Origin: Coprobacillaceae bacterium | GTDB taxonomy: Bacteria; Bacillota_I; Bacilli_A; Erysipelotrichales; Coprobacillaceae | Length of the DNA: 32,000 bases | Assembly (NCBI GenBank): GCA_963675915.1 | Contig: OY780959.1 | Location: forward strand, 930,001 to 962,000 | Direction: 5' to 3' | In this document: one piece after another, positions 1 through 8,183 of the stretch | Numbering within the stretch: the stretch's first letter is position 1 | How the letters are laid out: the number at the start of each line of letters is the position of its first letter | The notes under the pieces: model-generated | Told to the model about the DNA's origin: nothing | Database searches by the model: none | What the model saw: only the letters and a program-made list of their open reading frames with translations | Program-made: the position numbers and the translations under genes

Positions 1-714
1 GGCATCAAAAGGAGCCAAAATCCCACCAGTGGTTTTAGCCAGGAATTGGATTCGGGTCAGAATTTCTTCATCTTTGGCCACGGCAAATCCGGCCAAAGTG
101 TCATTGTGACCACCTAAGTATTTTGTTCCGCTATGAATGATGATATCGACCCCATAATCAAAAGGATTCTGGAAGTATGGTGATAGGAAGGTGTTGTCGA
201 CAATCACCAGTAGATTGTGTTGTTTGGCAATTGCAGTTACCGCCGCGATATCGATGACATTCATCATCGGATTGGTCGGGGTTTCAAAATAAACCGCCTT
301 GGTATTGGGGGTGATCAGCTCCTCGAACGAATCCTGGGCCAGATTGACCCGGGAGATTTCTATTCCATTTTTGGTTGCAACATGGTCAAGTAACCGAACA
401 CTGCCGCCATACAGGTCAGCGTCCACGATAAGATGATCGCCGGGATAAAACAGTTCAAAAACAGTCGCAATTGCCGCCATTCCGCTGCTAAAAGCCAACG
501 CACCCGCACCGTTTTCCAGCTCGGCTACGACTTTTTCCACTTGTTCCCGGGTTGGATTTTGCAGGCGGCTATAATCATAGCCGCTGCTTTTATTCAATCC
601 AAGATGGCCAAAGGTTGCACTCTGGTAAATCGGGAAACTGATCGCCCGGGTTTTATCACTTTCGTTTTCATGGGTGTCCAGATGAAGACACTTTGTTTCG
701 ATGTCGTATTTCAT
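1..714 (-). CDS. Cys/Met-metabolism PLP-dependent lyase (cystathionine beta/gamma-lyase, MetC/MccB-like). N-terminal 238 codons only; the 3' end is off-window.
   Basis: Hand translation of the minus strand from the ATG at 714-712 gives MKYDIETKCLHLDTHENESDKTRAISFPIYQSATFGH...DIIIHSGTKYLGGHNDTLAGF. SGTKYLGGH is the PLP-lysine motif of this family. The frame stays open to base 1. It starts 20 nt after the stop of the CysK-like gene. It is absent from the ORF track because the window edge truncates it. Confidence 0.8.
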   Translation of the reverse strand, partial: MKYDIETKCLHLDTHENESDKTRAISFPIYQSATFGHLGLNKSSGYDYSRLQNPTREQVEKVVAELENGAGALAFSSGMAAIATVFELFYPGDHLIVDADLYGGSVRLLDHVATKNGIEISRVNLAQDSFEELITPNTKAVYFETPTNPMMNVIDIAAVTAIAKQHNLLVIVDNTFLSPYFQNPFDYGVDIIIHSGTKYLGGHNDTLAGFAVAKDEEILTRIQFLAKTTGGILAPFDA

Positions 715-734
715 AATTTTCCTGGCTATTGAAG

Positions 735-1670
735 TTAATCCTGGAATAATGGAGTTGAGAGATATCGGTCTCCATTATCAGGAAGAAGTGCTACAATAGT
801 TTTTCCTTTATTTTCTGCTCTTTTTGCTACAATAGTCACTGCTTTAAGGGCTGCTCCTGAAGATATTCCCACCAGGACCCCTTCCTTGCGTCCGAATAGT
901 CGGCCGTATTTGAATGCATCATCATTTTCAACCGTGATGATTTCATCATAAATCTTGGTATCCAAAGTGTTGGGAACGAATCCTGCTCCTATCCCTTGGA
1001 TTTTATGAGGACCCGGTTTTCCTTCAGTCAAGACCGGACTTCCCACCGGTTCGATTCCGATGATCTTGATGTTCGGATTTTTTTGCTTCAGGTATTCTCC
1101 CACCCCACTGATGGTTCCTCCGGTCCCGATTCCGGCGATGAAAATATCAACTTTCCCGTCAGTCTGTTCCCAAATTTCCGGACCTGTTGTTTTGGTGTGG
1201 ATCAACGGGTTGGCCGGGTTGTCAAACTGACCTAGAATAATCGAATTGTCGATTTCCTGATTCAGTTCAGCCGCCTTGTTGATGGCCCCTTTCATTCCTA
1301 AGGCTCCATCGGTCAAAACCAACTTTGCCCCATAGGCTTTCAAAAAGCTTCTTCTTTCAATACTCATTGTATCCGGCAAAGTCAGGATCGTCTTATATCC
1401 AAAGGCTGCGGCTACTGCAGCAATCCCGATTCCGGTATTTCCACTGGTTGGTTCAATAATTGTCGTATCATCATTCAATAATCCTTTTTGTCTGGCATCA
1501 TCAATCATTGCAAAGGCAATTCGGTCTTTGACCGATCCCGACAAGCTATATCCTTCCAATTTCGCAAATACGTTTACATCTTCAATTCCTTCACTTTTAG
1601 CAAAGCGACTGATTTTCAATAATGGGGTTTTCCCAATCAGTTCAATTGCACTTTCTACTACTTTACTCAT
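735..1670 (-). CDS. cysK: Cysteine synthase / O-acetylserine (thiol)-lyase family (CysK; could act as an MccA-type cystathionine beta-synthase)
   Basis: 311 aa. PLP-lysine motif SGSVKDR, TSGNTG loop and GIGTGGT glycine loop are present. Length is typical of CysK. A Cys/Met PLP lyase follows directly downstream, matching the mccA-mccB arrangement. Confidence 0.9.
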   Translation of the reverse strand: MSKVVESAIELIGKTPLLKISRFAKSEGIEDVNVFAKLEGYSLSGSVKDRIAFAMIDDARQKGLLNDDTTIIEPTSGNTGIGIAAVAAAFGYKTILTLPDTMSIERRSFLKAYGAKLVLTDGALGMKGAINKAAELNQEIDNSIILGQFDNPANPLIHTKTTGPEIWEQTDGKVDIFIAGIGTGGTISGVGEYLKQKNPNIKIIGIEPVGSPVLTEGKPGPHKIQGIGAGFVPNTLDTKIYDEIITVENDDAFKYGRLFGRKEGVLVGISSGAALKAVTIVAKRAENKGKTIVALLPDNGDRYLSTPLFQD

Positions 1671-1819
1671 TTTCTATTCCTCCGTTTACTTGTTTTTTCT
1701 TTCATGGTTATTTATTTTTGATTGCAGTTAATTGCTACAACACATCATCTTCATTTTTACTGCCATTCCAGGATCGCCCCTTTCATTCCATACTAATTCA
1801 GTAGGTTTAGTATGATTAC

Positions 1820-1848
1820 ACTGTACACCCTCTTTTCCCATTCGTCAA
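1820..1848 (-). promoter_or_regulatory. Candidate sigma-A promoter of the cysK-like operon (TTGACG-17-TACAGT)
   Basis: The minus strand reads TTGACGaatgggaaaagagggtgTACAGT. The -35 box is at 1848-1843 and the -10 box at 1825-1820. This leaves a leader of about 140-150 nt. Confidence 0.5.
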
Positions 1849-1911
1849 TAATGATGATAATATTTTAATATCCGGATTTTGGATATCTGGTTATCGGCTG
1901 GTCTGATAACC

Positions 1912-1942
1912 AAAAAAAGAACATGAGTCCCTTTCATGTTCT
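1912..1942 (-). terminator. Intrinsic terminator after the cysteine desulfurase gene
   Basis: The minus strand reads AGAACATGAaagggacTCATGTTCTTTTTTTT, a 9-bp stem followed by a T-run. The stem overlaps the TGA stop at 1936-1934. Confidence 0.8.
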
Positions 1943-3082
1943 TGATCTTAATTTTGTGATTATCCCTTTTAGCACTTCAACTGCATAATCGAGCTCTTCA
2001 ATTGTAGTTTCGCCACTCAAGGTGAACCTCAGCGACTGACGAGCCCGATTAGAATCGTTGGCAAGGGCCATCAGCACATGGGATGGTTCCTGGGAACCAG
2101 AGGCACAGGCAGAACCGCTTGAACAACAGATATTCTTGTTATCAAGCAAGACTAGGGCGGTTTCAAGATTGATTCCTTCGAGCCAGACATTGATATTGTT
2201 AGGCAGACGGGATTGTAGTGAGCCGTTAAGCCGGACCCTTTCGCATTCCCCAATAAGCCGGTTGATGAAGTGATCACGGAGCCTGGTTATGGATTTCATG
2301 TTTTCATTCATATTAGATATCGCCTGTTTGACCGCCATTTCGAAGCCGACCACCCCGGGCACATTAACCGTGCCGGCTCGCATGTTGCGTTCCTGTTTAC
2401 CGCCGGTAATCAGCGGTCTTATCATGCGGGGATCTTTGACAAAAAGCGCCCCGACTCCCTTGGGGCCATGGAGTTTATGGGCCGAGAAGCTGCATAAATC
2501 GATATTGGCGGCTGCTACGTCCAGGGGAATGTGCCCGAAGGACTGGACACAGTCGACATGGAAAAGGATCTTGTGTTCGCTGGCAATTTGCCCAATTGCC
2601 TCAATATCCTGGATTGTTCCGATTTCATTATTGGCATGCATGATTGAAATCAGCAACGTATCCCTCCGGATTGCCTTGATCAAATCAGCAATTCTTATTT
2701 TACCGGTTTCATCGACATCAAGATAAGTCACCTCGATCCCATCCTTCGCCAGATCTTGACAGGTGTTCAAGATAGAATGATGTTCGATTTTCGAAGTGAT
2801 GATATGACCGTTTTGAAACTTGGCAGCCTTGATCACACCCCGCAAAGCCCAGTTGCTCGATTCGCTGCCGCCACTGGTAAAACAGATCTGGGATTTTTGG
2901 GCATTGATGGCCGCCGCGATGATCTGGCGGCTGTTCTCCACCGCTACTTTCGCACCTACGCTAAACTGCGAGGTTGCCGCGGGATTGCCGTATTGTTCGA
3001 AAAAATACGGCTTCATTGCTTCAAAAACCTCAACGCTCAACTTGGTCGTGGCCGCATTATCTAGATATACCAGGCCACCCAT
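1934..3082 (-). CDS. iscS: Cysteine desulfurase (class V aminotransferase, IscS/NifS/YrvO-like)
   Basis: 382 aa. N-terminal YLDNAATT motif, PLP-lysine motif SFSAHKLHGPKGVG, and catalytic cysteine loop SSGSACASG. The start overlaps the upstream Rrf2 gene by 22 nt. Confidence 0.9.
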   Translation of the reverse strand: MGGLVYLDNAATTKLSVEVFEAMKPYFFEQYGNPAATSQFSVGAKVAVENSRQIIAAAINAQKSQICFTSGGSESSNWALRGVIKAAKFQNGHIITSKIEHHSILNTCQDLAKDGIEVTYLDVDETGKIRIADLIKAIRRDTLLISIMHANNEIGTIQDIEAIGQIASEHKILFHVDCVQSFGHIPLDVAAANIDLCSFSAHKLHGPKGVGALFVKDPRMIRPLITGGKQERNMRAGTVNVPGVVGFEMAVKQAISNMNENMKSITRLRDHFINRLIGECERVRLNGSLQSRLPNNINVWLEGINLETALVLLDNKNICCSSGSACASGSQEPSHVLMALANDSNRARQSLRFTLSGETTIEELDYAVEVLKGIITKLRSRT

Positions 3083-3504
3083 TGTTTTGAATCTCCTTCA
3101 TGATGCCATTCGACCAGATCCTGGAGGGTGATATTGTCGACCACATTATTGATGGCATCATCGATTTTGCGCCATACTTTCTGAGTCACGCATTTCGCAC
3201 TGCGATCGCAGTTTTCCCCTTTACCCAAACAGTCGACCGGACTCAAACTCCCTTCGATTAGCCGCAAAATCATTCCGACCGTGTATTCATGAGGTTCTTT
3301 GGCTAGAACATACCCGCCTTTGGCTCCCCGGATGCTGTTGACATAATTGGCTTTATTGAACGTGGCAATTATCTGTTCCAAATATTTTTCGGATATTTCC
3401 TGACGTGCGGCGATATCTTTAAGTTTCACCGGATTACCGGTTTCATTCAAAGCCAGATCAAGCATCAGTCGCAAGGCATAACGTCCTTTGGTAGAAATTT
3501 TCAT
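3061..3504 (-). CDS. Rrf2-family transcriptional regulator (IscR/CymR-like) with a 3-Cys putative Fe-S ligand set
   Basis: 147 aa. The N-terminal winged-helix sequence MKISTKGRYALRLMLDLA is typical of Rrf2 proteins. The segment C-LGKGEN-C-DRSAK-C gives three clustered cysteines. Gene order (Rrf2 then cysteine desulfurase) matches cymR-yrvO and iscR-iscS. Confidence 0.9.
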   Translation of the reverse strand: MKISTKGRYALRLMLDLALNETGNPVKLKDIAARQEISEKYLEQIIATFNKANYVNSIRGAKGGYVLAKEPHEYTVGMILRLIEGSLSPVDCLGKGENCDRSAKCVTQKVWRKIDDAINNVVDNITLQDLVEWHHEGDSKQWVAWYI

Positions 3505-3541
3505 AACACACCTCCTGCTTTTATTTATTTCCTATGGGTTT

Positions 3542-3570
3542 ACTATACAATGGAAATATTTGCTTGTCAA
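3542..3570 (-). promoter_or_regulatory. Sigma-A promoter of the Rrf2-iscS operon (TTGACA-17-TATAGT)
   Basis: The minus strand reads TTGACAagcaaatatttccattgTATAGT, followed by the RBS GCAGGAGGTG and the ATG. Confidence 0.7.
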
Positions 3571-3629
3571 TCAAACCGAATCACCCAGTCAATCATCTCA
3601 TCATCAATATTAATAACAATGGGTTCAAC

Positions 3630-3656
3630 GAAAAAATTGACCGTTAGGTCAATTTT
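3630..3656 (-). terminator. Intrinsic terminator after the transcarbamylase-like gene
   Basis: The minus strand reads AAATTGACCtaacGGTCAATTTTTTC, a 9-bp stem followed by a T-run. It overlaps the TGA stop at 3651-3649. Confidence 0.75.
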
Positions 3657-4488
3657 GGTTAGCTTTGATCAGATTGATCATGATGGCCTGCTGAACACTC
3701 AACAGGGATTGTTTGAATTCATAGCCGACAAAACAGTCACTGGCGATGACCTGGTCGCTAACTTCCTGACCCCGGAAAAACGGAGGACAGGGATTAAGCA
3801 GCGCCCCCGGATTGGCCTTAGCCATCAGCTTAGTTGTAATCTGATGGTTTTTGAAGTCATCAAGTTCCCTGACGCCCAGTGAATCGGTGCAGACGATATC
3901 GGTATTGATTATTGCCTTACTTAGATCCGCTTGATAAGGACAATCAGGGATTCGATAAGCAGGCGGACAGCTTTGAGTCAGTTTGAATCCCAGCACTTTG
4001 CTGGCATTATACCAGCTGGAAGCGATATTGCCTTTTTTGGCGACAATAAGATAATTGGACTCCAGATAATCAGCTCGAAGTTGAAAGAGGCTGAATAAAT
4101 CGCTTAAGATTTCACAAGGGTGATTTTCACTGGTCATCGCATTGATTATTGGCATTTTGGCATGTTGGGCGATTTTTTCAATCAGATTGAGATCATGGTG
4201 ACGGACAATCAATAAATCGACCCAGTTGTTGAGATAACCGATCACATCTTTGATTTCTTCTTTGCCTTCAAGAGTCTCGCTTTCAAACAGAATCCCCTGG
4301 CCGCCCAGAAGGTTGACACCCTTTTCAAAAGTGATCCGGGTTCGCAGGCTGGTAGCCGGAAAAAACATTACAACTGTCTTGTTTTCAAGTTCGCCAAAAC
4401 GCTGACCCTGTTCAATTTTGGTGGCGGTGGCAAAGATATCCTCGATATTTTGTTTAGTCAAATCAGTAATTCTAATCAGGTTTTTCAT
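3649..4488 (-). CDS. Short, divergent aspartate/ornithine carbamoyltransferase-fold protein; substrate unknown
   Basis: 279 aa. Altered family motifs appear in the canonical order. SLRTR stands in for STRTR, VRHH for the conserved Arg, HPCE for HPxQ, TDSLG for DxxxSMG, and NPCPP-FRGQEV for HCLP...EV. The protein is about 30-50 aa shorter than typical OTCases. Confidence 0.7.
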   Translation of the reverse strand: MKNLIRITDLTKQNIEDIFATATKIEQGQRFGELENKTVVMFFPATSLRTRITFEKGVNLLGGQGILFESETLEGKEEIKDVIGYLNNWVDLLIVRHHDLNLIEKIAQHAKMPIINAMTSENHPCEILSDLFSLFQLRADYLESNYLIVAKKGNIASSWYNASKVLGFKLTQSCPPAYRIPDCPYQADLSKAIINTDIVCTDSLGVRELDDFKNHQITTKLMAKANPGALLNPCPPFFRGQEVSDQVIASDCFVGYEFKQSLLSVQQAIMINLIKANQN

Positions 4489-4502
4489 ATTGTTATAATT
4501 AA

Positions 4503-4530
4503 AAATAGTTACTTGAGCAAGTAACTATTT
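4503..4530 (-). terminator. Intercistronic 12-13 bp stem-loop between the ABC ATPase and the transcarbamylase-like gene (partial terminator or mRNA-processing element)
   Basis: AAATAGTTACTTGagCAAGTAACTATTT is followed on the minus strand by TT, which completes a T5 run. Only about 14 nt then remain before the ATG at 4488. Confidence 0.45.
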
Positions 4531-4538
4531 TCTTCTTT

Positions 4539-5276
4539 CTAGTGAGTTTGAACCCTTGAAAGGAACTGTTTTGTTCTTTCATTTTTAGGATTTTCGAATA
4601 CTTCTTTAGGTGAACCTTTTTCCACCACTACGCCACCTTCCATGAAAACCACTTCATCGGCAACTTCGTAGGCGAATTGCATTTCATGAGTCACCACGAC
4701 CATGGTGATTCCTGAACGGGCTACTTCTTTCATTACTTCCAGCACGTCTCCTACCAATTCCGGATCCAATGCAGCTGTCGGTTCATCGAACAGGATCACT
4801 TTGGGATTCAAAGCCAGTCCCCGAGCGATTCCAACCCGTTGTTGTTGTCCTCCAGAGAGCCCTGATGGATAGTAATCCATCCGGTCAGCCAATCCGACAT
4901 TAGTCAAAGCCTGAACTGCGATTCTTTTGGCTTCTTCTTTGGATTTCTTTTGAACCGTCACCAATCCTTCCATGACATTTTCAAGAGCTGTCATGTTTTT
5001 GAAGAGATTGTAGTTTTGGAAAACCATGGTTGTCAGTTGCCGGATTTCATGCACTTCCTTTTTAGAAAGGTATTCGCTGTCGATAATCAGATTATCCAAC
5101 TGCACTTTCCCCTTGGTTGGAGTTTCCAAAAAGTTGGCACAACGCAGCAACGTTGTCTTACCAGAACCGGATGGTCCCAGGATTACCGTAACTTTACCGG
5201 TCGGTACCGTCAGGTCAACCCCTTTTAGCACTTCGTTCTTGCCGAAGTATTTATGTATATTATCAAATCGTAACAT
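4539..5276 (-). CDS. Polar amino-acid ABC transporter, ATP-binding protein (GlnQ/TcyN-like)
   Basis: 245 aa. Walker [13 protein letters not shown] signature LSGGQQQRV and Walker B ILFDEPT are present. Confidence 0.92.
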   Translation of the reverse strand: MLRFDNIHKYFGKNEVLKGVDLTVPTGKVTVILGPSGSGKTTLLRCANFLETPTKGKVQLDNLIIDSEYLSKKEVHEIRQLTTMVFQNYNLFKNMTALENVMEGLVTVQKKSKEEAKRIAVQALTNVGLADRMDYYPSGLSGGQQQRVGIARGLALNPKVILFDEPTAALDPELVGDVLEVMKEVARSGITMVVVTHEMQFAYEVADEVVFMEGGVVVEKGSPKEVFENPKNERTKQFLSRVQTH

Positions 5277-5288
5277 CTTGTCTTCCTC

Positions 5289-5954
5289 CTATGAATTTTC
5301 CGCGAATTTCGCTTCGATCATTTTTTGAATTCTTGTGAAGATAATGTTCAGTACCCAGTAAATAACCAGGATATCGAGATAGTATTCCAAGAAATGGTAA
5401 TCCATCGCTGCCATCATCTGAGCTCTCAGGAACATTTCAATTACCCCGACAGTCGCCCCGAATGAAGTCCCTTTTAGGATATCCAGGAAACTGTTTGAAA
5501 GTGGCGGAACCGCTACTTTGATTGCCTGAGGCAAGATTACCCGGCGCATTGCCTGGAATGTGGTCATCCCGATTGAAAGACATCCTTCCATCTGACCTTT
5601 GTCAATCGACAGGATTGAACCCCTGATGGTTTCCGACATGTATGATGAAAACGCCAATACCATCGCGATGACGAACTGCGCCCCCAAAGGAATGATTCGA
5701 TCCATATGGATAACCGGAAACAACCCGTACAGGAAGAAGAACAATAATACCAGAATTGGGATCCCACGGAAAAATGAAATCCATACGCCTAAAATAAATT
5801 GAACACCTCTGTTTTTTACTAAAGATAATAATGCCAGGATAATCCCCATTATAATTGAGAAGAAGAATATTAAGAATGTATATTCCAAAGTGACTGGCAG
5901 GAATTTCAGGATTGGCATGAAGCCTCCTGTGAATTTGTCAAAACTTACGATCAT
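5289..5954 (-). CDS. Polar amino-acid ABC transporter permease (His/Glu/Gln/Arg/cystine family)
   Basis: 221 aa and hydrophobic throughout. It has an EAA-like loop (EGCLSIGMTTFQAMRRVILPQA). It lies between the binding-protein and ATPase genes. Confidence 0.9.
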   Translation of the reverse strand: MIVSFDKFTGGFMPILKFLPVTLEYTFLIFFFSIIMGIILALLSLVKNRGVQFILGVWISFFRGIPILVLLFFFLYGLFPVIHMDRIIPLGAQFVIAMVLAFSSYMSETIRGSILSIDKGQMEGCLSIGMTTFQAMRRVILPQAIKVAVPPLSNSFLDILKGTSFGATVGVIEMFLRAQMMAAMDYHFLEYYLDILVIYWVLNIIFTRIQKMIEAKFAENS

Positions 5955-6018
5955 GTGACACCCCTCCTTGATATTTATAAATAAAGCCTCCTGTTATTTT
6001 ACAAGAGGCTGTGTAAAA

Positions 6019-6858
6019 CTATTCTGCTGGAATGTTTGTTGTCAAATCAGTGTTGAACCATTTTTGACATAATTCTGCAACAGTACCATCTGCCAGCATA
6101 TCAGTGATTGCTGCTGAAACAGCTTCACGTTTTGCAGTAGCTTCTTCGTTATCTTTTTGGAATGGATAAGCGATTGGCACCCCTAAACCAGTTGGAATTG
6201 TTTGAAGTCCTAAACCTAACTCAGCGATTTGTGCTTCAGTTTGAGCTTGGATTCCCAAAGTTACATCATATTGTCCTGATGCGATTTGAGCTAATAAACC
6301 TTGTGTGTTTTTCAAATAAGCAATGTTGCATTCTTCCACATCGTATCCTGTATCAGTCAGGATTTTTTCTAGAATCAATCTTGGATTTGTTGCCGCATCT
6401 ACTGCCGCTAAGATTGTTCCATCATTGATTGAAGCCAATACGTTGTCAAGATCACCGTAATCAGCATCATCACGAATTGTCAACAAGTAAGAATCGAATG
6501 CATAGTATTCTGAGAAATCATATTTTTTACGACGTTCCCCTTTAGCATCATTTGGAGTTACTTCGTTGGCGATTGTATCAATTGCCCCACTGTCGATCAT
6601 CCCGAATAAAGCTGAGAACTCAGCGATTTTGTACTCTACTTTGTAGTTAGCACGTTCCCCGATTTCTGACCACATATCCATTTCGAATCCTTCCAGATCA
6701 TTATCCAGATTTGTTTGGGTCCATAAGCTGTAAGTTCCCGAAGTTCCTACCACGATTGTTCCGTTTGTGTCATCAGTTGCTTCGTCTGCAGCTGAACTAC
6801 AACCGAACAACCCTACTGCCATTGATGAAACCATCATTACCTTTAAAAATTTGTTCAT
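6019..6858 (-). CDS. Lipoprotein substrate-binding protein, family 3 (polar amino acid / cystine-type)
   Basis: 279 aa. A signal peptide with lipobox LFGC is followed by an acidic linker. It is the first gene of the ABC operon. Confidence 0.85.
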   Translation of the reverse strand: MNKFLKVMMVSSMAVGLFGCSSAADEATDDTNGTIVVGTSGTYSLWTQTNLDNDLEGFEMDMWSEIGERANYKVEYKIAEFSALFGMIDSGAIDTIANEVTPNDAKGERRKKYDFSEYYAFDSYLLTIRDDADYGDLDNVLASINDGTILAAVDAATNPRLILEKILTDTGYDVEECNIAYLKNTQGLLAQIASGQYDVTLGIQAQTEAQIAELGLGLQTIPTGLGVPIAYPFQKDNEEATAKREAVSAAITDMLADGTVAELCQKWFNTDLTTNIPAE

Positions 6859-6954
6859 GTAAATCTCCTCCCATATTTCCTTGTTTCTAAATTTTATTTA
6901 TAACATTGCTTAGAAAAACCACAACTTTTCCAACCGCTGTTACAAATTACGTTC

Positions 6955-6982
6955 ATTATACAATAAATTTGTATCATGTCAA
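6955..6982 (-). promoter_or_regulatory. Sigma-A promoter of the ABC transporter operon (TTGACA-16-TATAAT)
   Basis: The minus strand reads TTGACAtgatacaaatttattgTATAAT. It abuts the stop of the upstream M20D gene at 6986. The -10 box is bracketed by the inverted repeat TACAAATT/AATTTGTA. Confidence 0.7.
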
Positions 6983-6985
6983 TAA

Positions 6986-8182
6986 TTATTTATCATTATT
7001 TTTGAGGTATTCAAATGCGTAGCCCACCGCCGCAGCTACCCCGTATTTCAAAGCATTTTCGTCAAGATCGAAATCCGGACTATGGTGTTCACCACCAGAG
7101 CCTACAGCTTCATTTTTGATTCCCAGCAGGGCCATTACCCCGGTGTATTTGTCAAGATAAACCGAAAATGATTCCGACACCATCCAAGGATCGGCGTGAA
7201 TCAGATGATCCTCACCCAAATATTTCTTGATCACATTTTGACCAGCCAGGGCCAGTTTCTCGTCATTGACACAGCAAAGTGAAGGTGAAAATCCTCCGGT
7301 TTCCGTACATTTAAGGCTGTAAAGTTCAGCCAACCCTTCGACATGATTGAACATATCCTCGCGGAATTTGGCTCCGGTATCGGTATTGAAGAACCGACAG
7401 GTTCCCCCAAATTGCAGCTTGCCGGGAATTACATTGGCTTTATTTCCCGCTTCCAGGGTCCCGATTGAAAAAGCCAGTGAATCAAACGGATTGACATATT
7501 TCATCCGTAAAACACTAAGCGACTCATTGATGGCCACAAAGCAGTCAATTGGACTGTTCGACATATCCGGACGGGAACCATGACCGCCTTGACCTTCCAG
7601 GATAAAATTGAACCCAAAGGCTCCAGCCAAGACTGCCCCTGGCTCGATTGATACTTTTCCGCTTGGCAATGATGACTGAACATGAGCCGCGTAAACCGAA
7701 TCCGGAGCAAGATCATGGTCATCGATGTATTTTAAGATATTGACGAAGTTTCCGGTTCCTTCTTCCCCCTGCTCAAAGCAGATAATCACGCGACCGTCAA
7801 GCTGGTTTTCGATCTCTTTGAGGATTTTGGCTTCCATCAGCAACATCGCCGTGTGGCCGTCATGGCCGCACATATGGCTGACTCCGTCGATTTTTGAAAG
7901 GCAGACTTTGGCCTGATTAAGGTTTTCCGGGCTTTCCACTATTGGCAAAGCATCGATATCACCGCGCAGCAAAATGGTCTTCCCTTTGGCTTTATCCCCG
8001 ATAAACCCGATAATCCCTCCATCCGGGATATGGATGAATTCGATATTCATCTTTTTGAGCTCCGCCTTGATGGTGTTCAAAGTTTCATATTCCACTCCGG
8101 AAAGTTCCGGATATTGATGGAAATGACGGCGATAATCGATCAATTGTTGTTCTTGGTCTTGAATCATTTTTAAAAAGTCCAT
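6986..8182 (-). CDS. M20D-family amidohydrolase (N-acyl-L-amino acid amidohydrolase, HipO/YxeP/ILR1-like), copy 2
   Basis: 398 aa. YRRHFHQYPELS start motif, MCGHDGH metal motif and GGHGSRPD are present. An RBS GGGGGAG lies 4 nt upstream of the ATG. Confidence 0.9.
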   Translation of the reverse strand: MDFLKMIQDQEQQLIDYRRHFHQYPELSGVEYETLNTIKAELKKMNIEFIHIPDGGIIGFIGDKAKGKTILLRGDIDALPIVESPENLNQAKVCLSKIDGVSHMCGHDGHTAMLLMEAKILKEIENQLDGRVIICFEQGEEGTGNFVNILKYIDDHDLAPDSVYAAHVQSSLPSGKVSIEPGAVLAGAFGFNFILEGQGGHGSRPDMSNSPIDCFVAINESLSVLRMKYVNPFDSLAFSIGTLEAGNKANVIPGKLQFGGTCRFFNTDTGAKFREDMFNHVEGLAELYSLKCTETGGFSPSLCCVNDEKLALAGQNVIKKYLGEDHLIHADPWMVSESFSVYLDKYTGVMALLGIKNEAVGSGGEHHSPDFDLDENALKYGVAAAVGYAFEYLKNNDK

Positions 8183-8183
8183 A

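Noticed and set aside
1671-1911. S-box (SAM-I) riboswitch or T-box leader upstream of cysK, and likewise upstream of both patB copies
   Set aside because: I found no S-box core blocks and no T-box sequence (GGGTGGTACCGCG-like). No terminator/antiterminator pair follows the predicted promoters. The patB leaders are only about 25 nt long.
3505-3545. ATAGGAAAT-containing sequence just downstream of the Rrf2 promoter -10 box, resembling my recollection of part of the B. subtilis CymR box
   Set aside because: I cannot reproduce the published consensus reliably from memory, and the upstream half matches poorly. It is not reported as a site and needs a proper position-weight-matrix scan.
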